Assembly (NCBI GenBank): GCA_013265495.1
Contig: MU058018.1
Span: 1-64,000 of the forward strand
Origin: Vicugna vicugna
Taxonomy: Eukaryota
DNA length: 64,000 bases
Direction: 5' to 3'
The position numbers and the translations under genes were made by a program. Below, in pieces: positions 13,351 to 26,571 of the stretch (its first letter is position 1; each line of letters starts with the position of its first letter). The notes under the pieces are model-generated. The model was not told the origin of the DNA. It saw nothing but the letters and a program-made list of their open reading frames with translations, and made no database searches.

Positions 13351-14905
13351 ATTTCCATCATTTCTATTGGATTATTACTGTTTCCAGTTCCTCTCAGTGG
13401 ATAGACCTCAGGGATACGTGTATGTATATCATGGCTTCTTTCCCACGTGAGGCTCTGCACACCCACCAAATCCATGTTACTCCATAATTAAGTTACAGTT
13501 TGTTCTCCTAGAGCATTCACAAATGCAATTAGTCATTCGCTCTTTCAGGAAAAGAGGTGAGTGGCCAATTTCACCTGCAATTAACCAAGTACCTCATGGT
13601 TTCATTTGCTATGCTTGAATCCATGTATTTTTAAACATTGTTTGTACTGCATCCAAAACATCCAAAGGAAAGTCAGGGACAATTTTTCAAATCCTGGATT
13701 AATGTACTTGAGGCAGCACATCCTTTCTCTAAACTAGAGACTAAACGATTAGAAATGAAAATGACACAATTAGATTTTTCTTGTTATTATGAAACAAAGA
13801 ATCCTCACATAGTAAAGTGCAGAACTGCAGAACAGAATGTCAACATCAGTGTCTGCAAAGCTCACCGGCTTGTGCAAGGGCTCTCATTTCATAGACCATT
13901 TGTTGCAGTATCTCCACTAAGTCAGCAGATTTTAAGAAATGAATAACAGTACTCTTATTTTCTTTTCCTTTTCTGTTTTTAAGGTAAATATACCCATAGA
14001 TAGATGACTGACGGATAGGTAGATAGATAGGTAAGTAGGTGATAGATGTGATTGAAAGGGGTGGCTGCTAATTTTCAATTGTTTTCGTCTTGACGCATTT
14101 CACCCACAACTCAGGTATTTCATTTTCAGTAAGAATCCCACCTCGACTCTATAATTAAAACAACTTAAATTCAAATTTAAAATAAGAAGAAAATAATTGT
14201 TTCTGTGTTTCTGTCTGGTCCCTATCCCTGAGCTCTCCAAGATCTAACCCTACACCTGGTTACAAGATTTTTCAGTCACAAGATTTAGATTCTTCTATTC
14301 TAGTAACTTGTATAATAAAAGTGAGGGAATGACTATCTATAAATGGTTGATTGTGCCAGTGTGCTCTTGAAAATTGCTGCCTTACAGGCACCATGAGTCA
14401 CCTTGGCCATTTACCATGTAATGGATCTTTCTTCACCTGAGAAAAATGAAATTTGATCAACTTTTCTAAGATAGCATCTGAGTACATGGCTTGGGATATT
14501 TCATTTCTGTGATAGTTTTCTAAACATTACAGCAATGGAGAGAAGAAAAGCATGAGATATTCAGAGTCTTGCTACGTAGCTCTATCTCATGAGAGTTAGA
14601 AAATATGAAGATTTTAGTTTAAATTATTTGAAACTATTTAAGAATTTTTTTAAAAGCTTATTCTCATCTCATTTCATAAAGTTACTGGCAGTTCACTTTT
14701 TAGTTAGAAAGCATAGAAGAGTCTTCAGAATTTGCCTGGCCAGGTCACCTCTTTTAAACGGATGGTAGAAGTCTGAATGTGTTGTGTACAGACTCAATCT
14801 ATATTCTGGATGGAGAGGCCCCAACTTCCCATTGATTTAAACATGCCTACGGAATGAAAACTCAGGAAGTCCAAAGTCTAACAGGAGAGGCAAGCATGTA
14901 CTCAA

Positions 14906-14966
14906 TAATTTAGCAAAGCAGATTGTGATAAAGTAATTTAGCAAAGCAGATTGTGATAAAGTAATT
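14906..14966. repeat. Perfect 28-bp tandem duplication
   Basis: taatttagcaaagcagattgtgataaag at 14906-14933 and 14934-14961, followed by taatt. Confidence 0.95.
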
Positions 14967-15194
14967 AAACATGAAAAAAAATAAGAAAATAAGAACGGAA
15001 TATGACCAATTTCATAGCGGCGATACATAAGACATTGACATGCAGAGTGCTAGAAAGGCATTTCTTGAGGAGTTAAGAGAGATACAGAGTCATCCTTTGA
15101 AGGGAAAATAGAGGAGCCAAGGCACAAGGATGTGGGAAATGCAAGTATTTGGACACATTAAGCAGTCATTCACTCAATAGTGTTCAAGCACCTC

Positions 15195-15683
15195 TTTTAC
15201 AGAATAAAGACGGACACGATACTCCTTCCCTTGAATATGGGAGAGCTCTGCTCTCTGACTATATTTTGTATAGTATCCTTTAGCAGAATTTATACTGTGC
15301 TGGTTTCCAGGCCTAGGCCTTCAGAGACTAGCAGCTTCTACTTCCTGCCTCTTGAAATAACTGCTCTTGGAACCTATTCCCATGCTGTAAGGAAGCCCAA
15401 ACAACAATGTGAGGCAACCCATGGGAAGCAGAATCAAGGCACAACAACTCCAGCTGAGCTCCAAGCTGATGGCCAGCACCGACTCATACACCATATGAGT
15501 AAACCATCCTCGACAGGTATTCTCCAGCCCAGTCAAACTGAAAGAGCTTGGTCAGAGATGGCCAACCCCACTAATTCTTAATATGCTCATAACACAGATT
15601 TATTAGTAAAATAGTGCATTGTTTATGTTTTAAGCCACTGAGATTTGGGGTAATATGTTGCAAGATCAATAGATAAGAGAACA
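15195..15683 (+). mobile_element. MaLR LTR (MLT1H-like) inserted in an L2 remnant
   Basis: ccaggcctaggccttcagagactagcagcttctacttcctgcctcttg...ccatgctgtaaggaagccca...gttttaagccactgagatttgggg...atagataagagaaca; L2-like sequence lies on both flanks. Confidence 0.8.
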
Positions 15684-18600
15684 ACTACCTACATACCAAG
15701 ACTGTACCTGGGGAAGAAACGGACACATTTAAGTCTTGTGTTCATGAAGTTTACAGGCTTGTGCAGTGCAGGTGGAAATGGGTGTAGGTATGGAAGAGAG
15801 TGGGATGTAATAGAACACGAGTTGAGAAAAGTAAGCTTATTAGTGATTATATTGAGAATGCAGGGGCCTTAAAATGTAGTATAAGTATTTATAAAAATGT
15901 TTAGATGTGAATGTAAACTATTGAAATTTTCTAAGTGGAATCATGCTTTAGAACGGTGAAGGTGATGTTAGTGTTTGGGTTCAACTGCAGAAGCAACACT
16001 GAAGGTAGATTTACTATTTAGGAGACCTTAAAAGCCCAGAAAAAGGAAAAAGGTAATGAGATCCTAAGCCAGAGTCAAGAGGATGGAAAAGAAAAATTAG
16101 ATTGGAGTGATACTCTCACATCTCCATGAAGCAGACTCTATCTATTTTGTTAATTCGTATACCCAATTTCTTAGAACACTATCTAGTACACAGCAGTTTC
16201 TCATATCTATTTACAGAACAAATACAAGTTTAAAAAATAAATAAATGTGACAGAAGCCAAGATATCTGTTAGGAGAGTTATACTTCCATTTGGTTCAACT
16301 CACCTCTCAACAGCCCAGCAGAAATCTAAGGTAGTCAGTCTGCCATAACTCCATGCCTCTCTTCCAAGGATATAGATCCATGAATTGCTTTAAATAAGGA
16401 TAAAGGAAATGCATCCCTTGACTATGTGTCTATCCAAAGTGAACTTATCCAAAAGACAACTTTGGGCTACGTGTACAGCAAATAATTTAATCTACACTAC
16501 ACTTCATTTCTAGCCCTTCCAGCCTCCTGTATTTTGTTTTTGTATGTTTCTTTGTTTTTATTTTCTTACTATATTTGAGGATATTTGTTTGTAGTGATCA
16601 TGTAGGAGAAAATATAATAAATAAATGTAAAGAAGAATCTTTTATTCACACTCTTCCCAGAGCAAAAGGCAAAAGAGATATAACAATAACCAAAATCTAA
16701 AAGGACCACATAACTGATACTATATGGTAGTGTATTTTCTTACAGAATTCTCATTAGTAGGCTAACCTATTGCCTTCTTCATCAAAATTCCCTGACAGTA
16801 TATTTGTTTTTGGATGAGCAAAAACAGTAATCTAATATTTCCCAAATACACAAATGAGTATTGCTGTAGGATCTATCTTCACTGGACTCTAAAATTTCTA
16901 TATAATTAAAATGACAAAAAAGACATTAGCTGGAAAGAATTGGGAAACTCACCCAATGTAATCATTCATACTTATCTAGTTACTTAGTCTACATAGTGAA
17001 AATGAAAGGACCCAACAAAGGCTAAAAAGATAAGACAACTGTGTATTTATATCTTAACCTAATAATGGACCACCAAGTGCATGTGTGGAAGTTCCCTGAG
17101 TATTATTTAATATTGGGGGATTATTGACACTAATATTTTGTTTGTAACACTGTTTGATTTGTTTTGCATCTATATATTCAAATTCATCCACAATAAAATG
17201 TATTTGACCTGTTATTTAGAAAAAATAATTGGTAACTGTTTGCCTAAGTGCAGTCTTCTTAGTTTAAAATTTTTAATTAAGAATATAATCTTTTATTTTT
17301 AAAGTCATATTTCAAAATAGCTGTTTGACAAAACTTAATGTCTCTGTGTTTTTTTTAAAAGTGTACATTTCCATATATTTAGTTTTTAGATGTTTTGAGG
17401 GAAACTTCACTGTATCTGGAAGCCATATGCCAAAAATGTTCAGTTATTATCACTTTATCTCTGCATAAGGCATTGAAAATGATAGTTCATGTCACAATTC
17501 ATCTAAATGTTCTTTCCCTTAGAACATAGCTTTCCACAGATAGTAACAGGACCTGGAACAAAATAAAACAGCAACATCATACACATTTTCTATTTCTGCA
17601 TTTTTTTCTATTTCTGGAAATGGTCACAGGATCATTTTATGACAGATTAATATCATCCATGATCCTAAATCACTAAGAATAAAAGTGTTAGATTCTTTTG
17701 GTAAAGTTACCATAAGGACCAAATTTATTTTTTAACCAATTCCTTGAAGTATCAACTGCTTTTTAGTTTTATAGCATATGTATCACATCTCCAACCATTT
17801 TGCCCCAATTCCAGTTCTTTTCATCCTTCAATAGTGAGGATGAGAAAATCTGGATGCATATGGATATGGTTGATTTGAAAACTACTTTTTAAACATTTGG
17901 AAGTTTTTCAAAACCAAAAACATGTTTGCCGAGTGATCTTTTTCCCCTACATTTTAAATCCATGAGCAGCTTAAAAAGAAACTTAGTCCATATGTGAGTT
18001 CAGATTCACTTATATTAAAATCATGAAAATTATGTTTAATAGCTATTTGACACACAAGAAGTTTTTAAATTAAGTTTCTCTAAATTTTATATCTTTCAAA
18101 ACACTTTGTTCCCTTTCCACCCTCAGCATTCCTCACTACTCTCCAAGAAAAGATCAGATTTAACTCAGGACCTATAAATTAGATGCTTTCAATCTGTCAA
18201 TGATGATTAAGTAATAAAGAAAAATGCGTTCAATTTTTTCCCTTTGTAGGTAGTGTTTTGTTTAAATATCTCCATGCAAGTTCAGAATGGTTTGACTTTT
18301 TTCAGTATTAGTAATCAGTACATAAAGTACATATCAGTTCATAATTAGTAACTAGTACATAAAGTAAATTTTCGTTTGTGATTTTATATTTCCTTTAGAG
18401 AACACAAAATACATGAGCTTTTTAGTACTTTCTGGTGTTTAATTACAAATAATATATGAGTCTCGTATCAGCACAGATGATGCAAAATTGTATAAAGAGG
18501 AAAATAATCTCTTTTTCCTCATCTTTTTCCTCCTCCAATCCCACCTGCACTGAAGTAATCAACATTAATGGTTCTGTGTCTATCCCCCACACCTTTAATA

Positions 18601-20427
18601 GCTGGATTTATGTAGTACAATTCTTTTCCAGGTACAAATATACATGTACAGGCTGATGGTGGAATGGAGCGTGGAAAAGTGTCTCCTTTCCACGTCACGT
18701 CTAAGGTCCTGACCACCTAACTGCCTACTCACCTAAAAGAATGAACAGACAAATGCCTTGAAAATTATAACGTGTGACTGTAAAGTGACCGTGTGCTTGC
18801 TGTTGTTATATCATTTTAATCCTTTATTTTACCAAAGATGTATAAATCAAAGTTACATTCTAAGTTGTTCATATCTGTTGACAAAATACTCATGAATTCA
18901 TAAATTAGATAAAATTCTGACAACTTCTAGTGCCTTTACAAGTAATAATTAGGCCCATGTGGTTCCCAGTGCTCCTGAATTTCTTCCTAACGCTGAATAA
19001 CTCATCCTGGTTCTCAGTGACAGGAGGAATTCAACATTCTGTATCTGAGGTTTGTGGACACTGATTGAATATGCAATATTCTGAGAAATCAGTAGAGGAG
19101 AGATTTATGTTGATCTGTGAAAGACGATACTCTGAGCAAGGACAGAAACGGGATATGCATATGAAGAAAGAACGATTTTCATACTACAGTTTAACCTGAG
19201 CACCCTCATTCCTGTTTACAAAAAAATCTACTTTTTGTGTATCAAAAAATTAATTGATATGAAATCAATTCTCAGGTTAGAGAAATTCAGATTTGTAATG
19301 AGTTTCTTGAACTACAGAAATTTTAATGGTATAGGTTTTTCTTGTGTAGCTATCAATATTTAGTCATAAAATCTAAGTGCGAATAAGCCCATCCAAGGTT
19401 TGATTAACATTAAAATTTGCCTAAAAGCACTGGCCTTCCTTCCGTTCTTACCAGTGGCATCATCATTAGCACGGTGCCTCTTGCAAACTTATTATTTCTA
19501 TCACCATTGTTAATGACTGACAAAGCACAAGGCCATGCTCAAACAGCTACCTACATGCACAGAGCTGCATTTATCCTAGAGTGGACTGCATATTGGGTTT
19601 CTTAATTTATAAATCTTTATTTCCACTGCGCAATTTGTAAAGTCTTGCTGTTGGAAAATATGTCTGAATGGCTATCAAATCCCTGTCTGATTCCCTCTGC
19701 CCACGGGCACACCGACTCTTTGGTTTGCTGCTACAACTGTAGCTGTGCTTTAATTTTTGATTGAAACTAGTCCACATTTGCATCCTTCAATCTGATACCG
19801 TTGTCACAACTCTACCCTCCAAAACTCTTATATTGATTTCTTTTTATTTCATTTTTCTTCTTCTGTTTCCTCAAAGAAATGTCATGTTTTTGTTTTTGCT
19901 TTTAAAGCACATCTTTTGTCTGAGCCTTTATGGTGCAAATATGAGGACAGTAGGAAGTTTAAAGACTTGTTCATTTATGTTAAATTTTGGGAATGCCTGG
20001 AACACATTTTCCTCTAGGCACAATGCTAAGTAGTCACCATTACAAAGTATTTAATGGGGAAAAAAAAGGAATTCTTTATGTATTTTATCAGAATTTAAAG
20101 TTTTTATTTAAAAATAATCCCCAGATGTTTGGGATGTAATAAAACAAAACTTTGAAGATCCAAACATCACTATTATTTAGTAAAAATGAAGAGTTCAGCC
20201 ACAATTATATCCAAACCAGGTAGAATAGGATTTCCCCTTTCCAACTGAGTTTTAACTACTAGATACCTGATACCTATTTGTCAGATCAGGTCTCTCCTCT
20301 GAAGAACTATACCTGAAAATGAGGTGAATATTGGTTGTGTAAACATACCGATCAGCCTGAAGCAACAGTAGCATTCTGTCAGTCTGAGCATGCTCAGGCC
20401 ACTTCCTCCTCAGGCTTCAAAGTTAGT

Positions 20428-20685
20428 AATAATAGTGACAAATAGCCAACATTTATTGAGTACGTGAATTGAGAACTTACCATGTTCCAGATGCTGCATT
20501 AAAAACGTTATCTGTAGCAATGAATTGAATGCTCACCACTTCTCTCTGAGAGGCATTATTGTAATACTCATATTTACAGAAGGGGATTAAGACTGAGGGA
20601 AGCAAAGTAACTTGAGTTAAGCTCATGTGGCTAATAAATTTAGAAAAATGCCATGGTTTAAAACTGTGAACTTCAAAGTTACAGC
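20428..20685 (-). mobile_element. MIR SINE (near full length)
   Basis: atagccaacatttattgag...catatttacaga...agactgagg...aagtaacttg, reverse MIR. Confidence 0.75.
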
Positions 20686-20849
20686 TGAGACAGAAGGGTC
20701 CTTTCCCTCCCCCCAACTCCCCCCACCACACACAGCCGCACACTTTTATATAGAAGTGGTCATCTGGAGATGTACGCCATAAATGTTTTTTTCTTATCAG
20801 AATGATTTCATGACATTCAGTAAAAACTAAGAAAATCTGTTTGAATGAA

Positions 20850-21030
20850 GTATGACCTTTAGTCGGTGTATCAATATTGGTTCTTTAGTTGTGACAAAGG
20901 TCCACTATGAATGGTAGATATTAACAGGAGAGGAAACTGGGTGTGGGGTGTATGCGAATTCTCTGTGCTGTATTTGCATTTTTTTCTGTAAAATCTAAAA
21001 TAATTCTAAAATGAAAATGTATCTGAAAAA
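20850..21030 (+). mobile_element. Old L1 (L1MC/MD-like) extreme 3' end
   Basis: tatcaatattggttc...ggaaactgggtgtggggtgtatgcgaattctctgtgct...ttttctgtaaaatctaaaataattctaaaat. Confidence 0.8.
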
Positions 21031-24000
21031 GGCTGCATATGCATACCCAATCAGTGTTTAAAACAGTCCATCCTACAACCCACAGACACCTTCCATGACA
21101 ATTTTATTGTGCTTTTGCTAAAGAGGGACATAATCTCCTCAGAAACAAACAGAAAGCTGGTTTCATTAAATCCATTCTTCTTAATGTCAGAAACCCTTAT
21201 TTCTTCTCTCAAAATCTGCGATATTGCCTGGATCATGAAAAAATATGAAAGCAAACTAGAGTAGTCAAACTGTTTACAAAAGTGTTATTAATGATACAAT
21301 CCATCTACATAGATGTGAACATATTTTAATAACCTTGGATCTGACAGGAAGAGTTGTGATGTAAAAGGAGATTTACATGCATAAAAGCTCAGGGAAAAAG
21401 TTTGAACTTCAAGCATTAAGGTCTTAGTTCGTAAATCCGAAGGGAAATACATAGAAAATAAAGGCATTAGAAGAAGATATGAAAAAATGTAAAAGAATTA
21501 ATGTCTCCTCCATGAATCTTTGTGAATAAATGGCAACACACAAGCTACAGAAAACCAGTTTACTGTTTGAAGGATGAATGTGGGTTCAGAAGAATCAACA
21601 TGGAATTTTCAAGTTAATGGAAAACAAGCTCATATTGTTTATGTAATGATTGATACTATCCTGGTTGAATTAAAAGGGATTCTAGAACATACCTCTCCCT
21701 ACTGAAACACATTTTGCTGCTTTAAAAATGCAAGGTGTTTGAGAATGGCTTAGAAAGATTATCAACTACATACTAGTAAATCACAAACTCTTAACCCAAA
21801 ATCAAATTAAAACCTATTTTTGCAGAGTTTATTAAAAAGCATTTGTTCTTTTGCTCTACATGTCTGTGGCTAAAATTTAAATCATATTAATCTTGAAACG
21901 TGTTTTAGATGTAAACTAAATCTAATACATACAAAGTCCTTATTTTCCTATTTAATTTAAAAGAAATTCCAAAAGACTACTTTCTTTTCAGAGAGAAACT
22001 TGTTGAAATAATTACCTATTGAGGACTAGAAATCCCAAGGGATTAGCTTTGGATACAGAGCTTTCAAGTTTCTAGGTCACTGAATGGAATCTGAAACCAA
22101 ACCCACAGGGACTAAAGGGCATTATCAGGAAAGGCTGTTAAAGGACCTTTATCATATGGTCTCAGTGAGAGACAGGTGTCCACTGTTGTTGACCATCTGG
22201 GTTAAGAAGCAAAAACATAAAAGGATATGATTGCCCTTAAAAATGATCTCCAGAGATTCAGTTTAGGCAAAACATTGAGGGCGGACAAGTCCGTGCACAA
22301 TGACTTAACATAATACTTCTCTCTCTCTGTCTCTCTTCATACATACACACACACGCACATTCTGCATAAGCTCCACAAAAAGGTATTTATTCAGAAGATG
22401 CTTCAGGGAGATGGGGGAATTATCTCTGTGCTTTGGAAAGGAAAAAAACAAATTTTCCTCAAGTGGTATTAAGATTTAGATCAATAAAAAAGGGTGATTG
22501 ATTATATAGAAGACTTACATATAAAAAAGAAAAAAATATGTTCATTAATTACACAGGTTTTAAAATTATGAAGACAAATACAAAACTTATTGCAAAATAG
22601 TTTCAAATTGCACTGTTTCGTAAGCTGATTTTGCTCAGGTTGAGGAAATTTTGACTCAAGATGGGTCTTTAAAAGCTTTGGTGGGTAGAGAAGAAGGTTA
22701 TATAATGTCGGATTGGAGAGGGTGGTAGAACACTAAGCCAAGTACAAAATGAAGGATGAAATGGAATCAAATACGTTTCATTTATTACTATAAAAATTGT
22801 TTTCATGATCAGGAGTGAAATTGAATCTTTGCGTTTATTATTGAGTGTGAATATCGATGAAGGTCATATAGCAATATTGGGAAGCAGAGAAATGGCTACA
22901 ACTCTCTCCATCTCACCAAAAGAAAGAGCAAATCCAGTGCACAGTCTCTCTTGCTTATTCTGGCCACAACCAGTATGGAGACTTGTGTCTGGTATTCAAA
23001 TCATCTTTCTACGTAGCATACTAATTTTAGCTAAGCTCCTTCTTTGAAAAAAATGTGCTTTAAAAAAAAAATTAGAGCCGCTATACAAAGAGTTGAGAGT
23101 GAGATGGGGAAAGAGAGCCTGTGGTTGATGAAATGCAAATGAGGCTTGGCTCAGACAGCTGGCTGCTTTGGATGACATGGGTGATAAATGGTTCTTAAAA
23201 CATGAGCAGGCGTCGGGCTCCCGATTCAGTGTCGGACTGGCAGAAACAGCAGTATTACTAGATGCTTCCTTTAATTAATGCAACTCGACTGCATTAGTCC
23301 GGACACTGCCGATAAATGGGAAAGAAGTGATATCGAAGGTAATATCAGAAATCTTTCAACCTTGAAGCTGGGATGTGTTGGCCAAAAGCCTCAGGATTGT
23401 AAGAGGTTTAATTGTATTTGTAATGTACCAGTGCACCATGACAAAAACGGGGAGATAGTGTAGTCAGGACCAGGCAAGGCTGTGATAAATGGGAGAACGA
23501 GTGATTACACGGCAAGGAGGACTGTGGAAACAGACAAAGGACAGGCAAATGGAAAGCGGGAATGTAGCCACCACTGTAATTTGAAAGCACTCAGAGGAAT
23601 TTTGAGGTGCACAGAAGGGTAGGATTTGGTCCTTCAGGATTTGTTAGGGCTCAAGGATGCACAAAATACCTAATATTTCAGTGTGCCCCTAAATATGGTC
23701 AGGCAGCATATACCTTGTAACACTGTGTAGACTTTAACCTATACCCAAATATAAATGTATGTGCTGCTGGGACGGTGTCTGAGAAATACCTTTAAAAAAT
23801 ACACATACACATGCACAAGATGTTTTAAAGAAAACACACCTGGACCTGGCTGCCTACCAAGAGTGTCCTTTTTCTCCTGGCTCAAATTTCTACCTAGAAA
23901 TCAAATAAAATCTTTCAGATGACACCAATATTGTCAAGGTGTCGCATCAAAGTAAGATTTTATTCAAGAAGGTATGCCAGTAAGGAATTTTCTGCAACAA

Positions 24001-24554
24001 GCAAATGACAGAAGAGTTGGCCTTAAATCTCACAGCGGACACCAGTGAGAATTCCCTGAAATCATACCTCCTTTCACACTTTGTTAACTTGGATCACGAC
24101 AACCTCAACCACAGCGCCAACCACACCTACACGCTGCCCTTTCTCGACACCCCGGCTGTACTTTCCTACTCTGATCCTGGATCTTCCAGTCTTGACCTCC
24201 TATCGCACTTTAGAGCAATGCAACTTTATTTATGAAAACAAGCAGTGAGCTAGTTTGGCCCATGGGCTATAATTTGCCAATTCCTGATAGAATATTGCAT
24301 CTCTCCATGGTTACTTTAAGTACGGAGGTTAGTCTGGTCAGTATTCACACCTCTGCAAGCACTGCTTACAAAGGGAGTGGAAGAGCCAGTCGGGAATAGC
24401 TCCTCTTGACGTGTGTCACGACATTGTATTTGGGACAGTACTTTTCCTTCCTTTTGGTTCTCATCTTTTGCCCTAGACTAAAAGAAGTCACTAAGAACTG
24501 TTTTAGATGGAAAAATTAATTGTCACCTAAACCCAGTCCTTCCAACCTCTTCTT

Positions 24555-26436
24555 TTCATCTTTGTTGTGGCATAAGTGACAAATAAAATTGTCAGCTGTT
24601 TAAACTGTGCAACACGATAATTCGTGATATGTATACATGGTGAAAGGATTCCCACTGAGTTCATTAATACATACATCACCTCAATATTTTCTGTTTTTGT
24701 TGTTGATGAGAACACAAGTTCTACTCTCTTAGCAAATTTCTATTATATAATGTAGTATTATCAACTATAGATGTTATATATTAGATGCATAGAAATAATT
24801 CGTGATATGTATATATGGTGAAAGGATTCCTATTGAGTTCATTAATACATACATCACCTCAATATTTACTGTTTTTGTTGTTGATGAGAACACAAGTTCT
24901 ACTCTCTTAGCAAATTTCTATTATATAATGTAGTATTATCAACTATAGATGTTATATATTAGATGCATAGAACGTATTCATCTTACAAAACTGAAAGTTT
25001 GTACCTTTTTACCAGCCTCTCCCTATTTTCCCCAGCCCCCAGCCCCATGGCAACCATTATTCTACTCTCTGCTTCACTGAGTTTAACCTTTTTTCTTTTT
25101 GTACTCTGCATATAAGTGTTATCATGCAGTATTTGTCCTTCTGTGTCCAGCTTATTTCATCCAGCATAATGTCCTCCAAGTTTACCCATGTTGTTGTAAA
25201 CAGCAGAGTTTCCTTCTTTTGTAGGGATGAATGATATTTCCTTGTGTGTGTGTGTTTTCTTTCTTCATTCATTCATTCATGGACACTTGGGTTGTTTCCA
25301 TGTCTTGGCTGTTATAAGTAATGCTGCTGTGAACATGGGGCTGCAGATATCTTTTCAAGTTAGTATTAGCAACTTTGTGGTGTGTTTTTTGTTTTGTTTT
25401 TTTTTTTGAGATATACCCAGAAATGGGATTACTGGGTCATATGGCAGTTCTATGTTTAATTTCTTGTGGAACCTCCATACTGTTTTCCATAATGGCTACA
25501 TCAATTTACATTCCCATCCACAATGTGCAAAGGTATGCAGCATGTAGTTGGTCTTTTTTTTTTTAATCCATCCAGCCAGTCTTTTAAGAATTTTTTTTCC
25601 CATTTACATTTAAAGTAATTGTTGATAGGTTTGGACTTAACTACTGTCATTTTGCTAACTGCTTTCTGGCTCTTTTGTAAGTCTTTTGTCCCTTTCTTCT
25701 TCTCTTGCTCCCTGCCTTTGTGGTATGATGGTTTTCTTTCGTGGAATGCGTAGATTTCTTTCTCTTTCTCTTTTGTGTATCTACCATAGGTCTTTGTTTT
25801 GCAGTTACTGAGGCTTACATAAAACATCTTATTTTTTTATAGCAGTCTATTTTAGGCAAAAATAACTAGAGTTATAAGTAGTGCACCTACCACTGTTACG
25901 ATATTAGGGTATTCTAAATTTTTAACTACATATTTACCTTTACCAGTGAGTTTTATATTTTTACATGTTTTCATGTTAAAATTACCATCCTTTCATTTCA
26001 GCTTCTGAAATATCTGTTAGGGGCTTATCAGAACTGCTTCTTTGCTGCAGTCCTGTGGATCTTGTGGACATAAATCCCTTCAGTCTTCAGAGCTAGGTGT
26101 TCTAGGGTTCCATCCCCTGAGTGAAAGTCTACAAAGGTGGAGTGTTAGACATACAGTCTAAACCCTTTGCTTTTCATGGAGAATCTGGGAGTTGGAGCTT
26201 TCCTCCTGATTTCATGGCACTGTGACTGGAGTGGGTTTTATGAGGAGAGTACATCTCAGCCTTTTCTGTTCATTTCAATGTGGGTATTTTCCCATTCCCC
26301 TGATGTGTAGGAGCCACTCAGCTAGTTTGTGGATTTCTTTTAAAGGGAATTGTACCATGTGTCACTGTAAAGTCAGTGTGTCCATGGGAAGGAAAAGTTT
26401 AGGTGACTCCTATGACACTATCTTGGTCCCTCTCCT
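24555..26436 (-). mobile_element. L1MA9-like LINE-1 with large internal deletions
   Basis: 3' UTR plus ORF2 C-terminus remnant (KKETLLFTTTWVNLEDIMLDEISWTQKDKYCMITLIC, ORF 25057-25272); inter-ORF/ORF2-start remnant at ~25534-26003; 5'-UTR-like segment ending in ctatcttggtccctc (reverse of CCAAGATGG-type L1 start). Confidence 0.85.
24617..24972. repeat. 178-bp tandem duplication inside the L1 3' UTR
   Basis: Copies at 24617-24794 and 24795-24972; I count 4 substitutions. Confidence 0.95.
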
Positions 26437-26571
26437 CCTGCTTCTTAACATTAGTGTTAAACTTTCCTTACCCAAGGATAGCAAAGATATCTCAACACTT
26501 CTGTAAGCTTCTATCAGGTATTGTGTTTCATTTCATTATCTGCAAGATGCTAGGGAAAAAGCATACAATTT

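Noticed and set aside
22860..23000. Possible CR1/L3 fragment
   Set aside because: Similarity to the recalled consensus is too weak to support without an HMM search.
25057..25827. ORFs with real protein similarity
   Set aside because: Frameshifted L1 ORF2 and inter-ORF remnants, not host genes.
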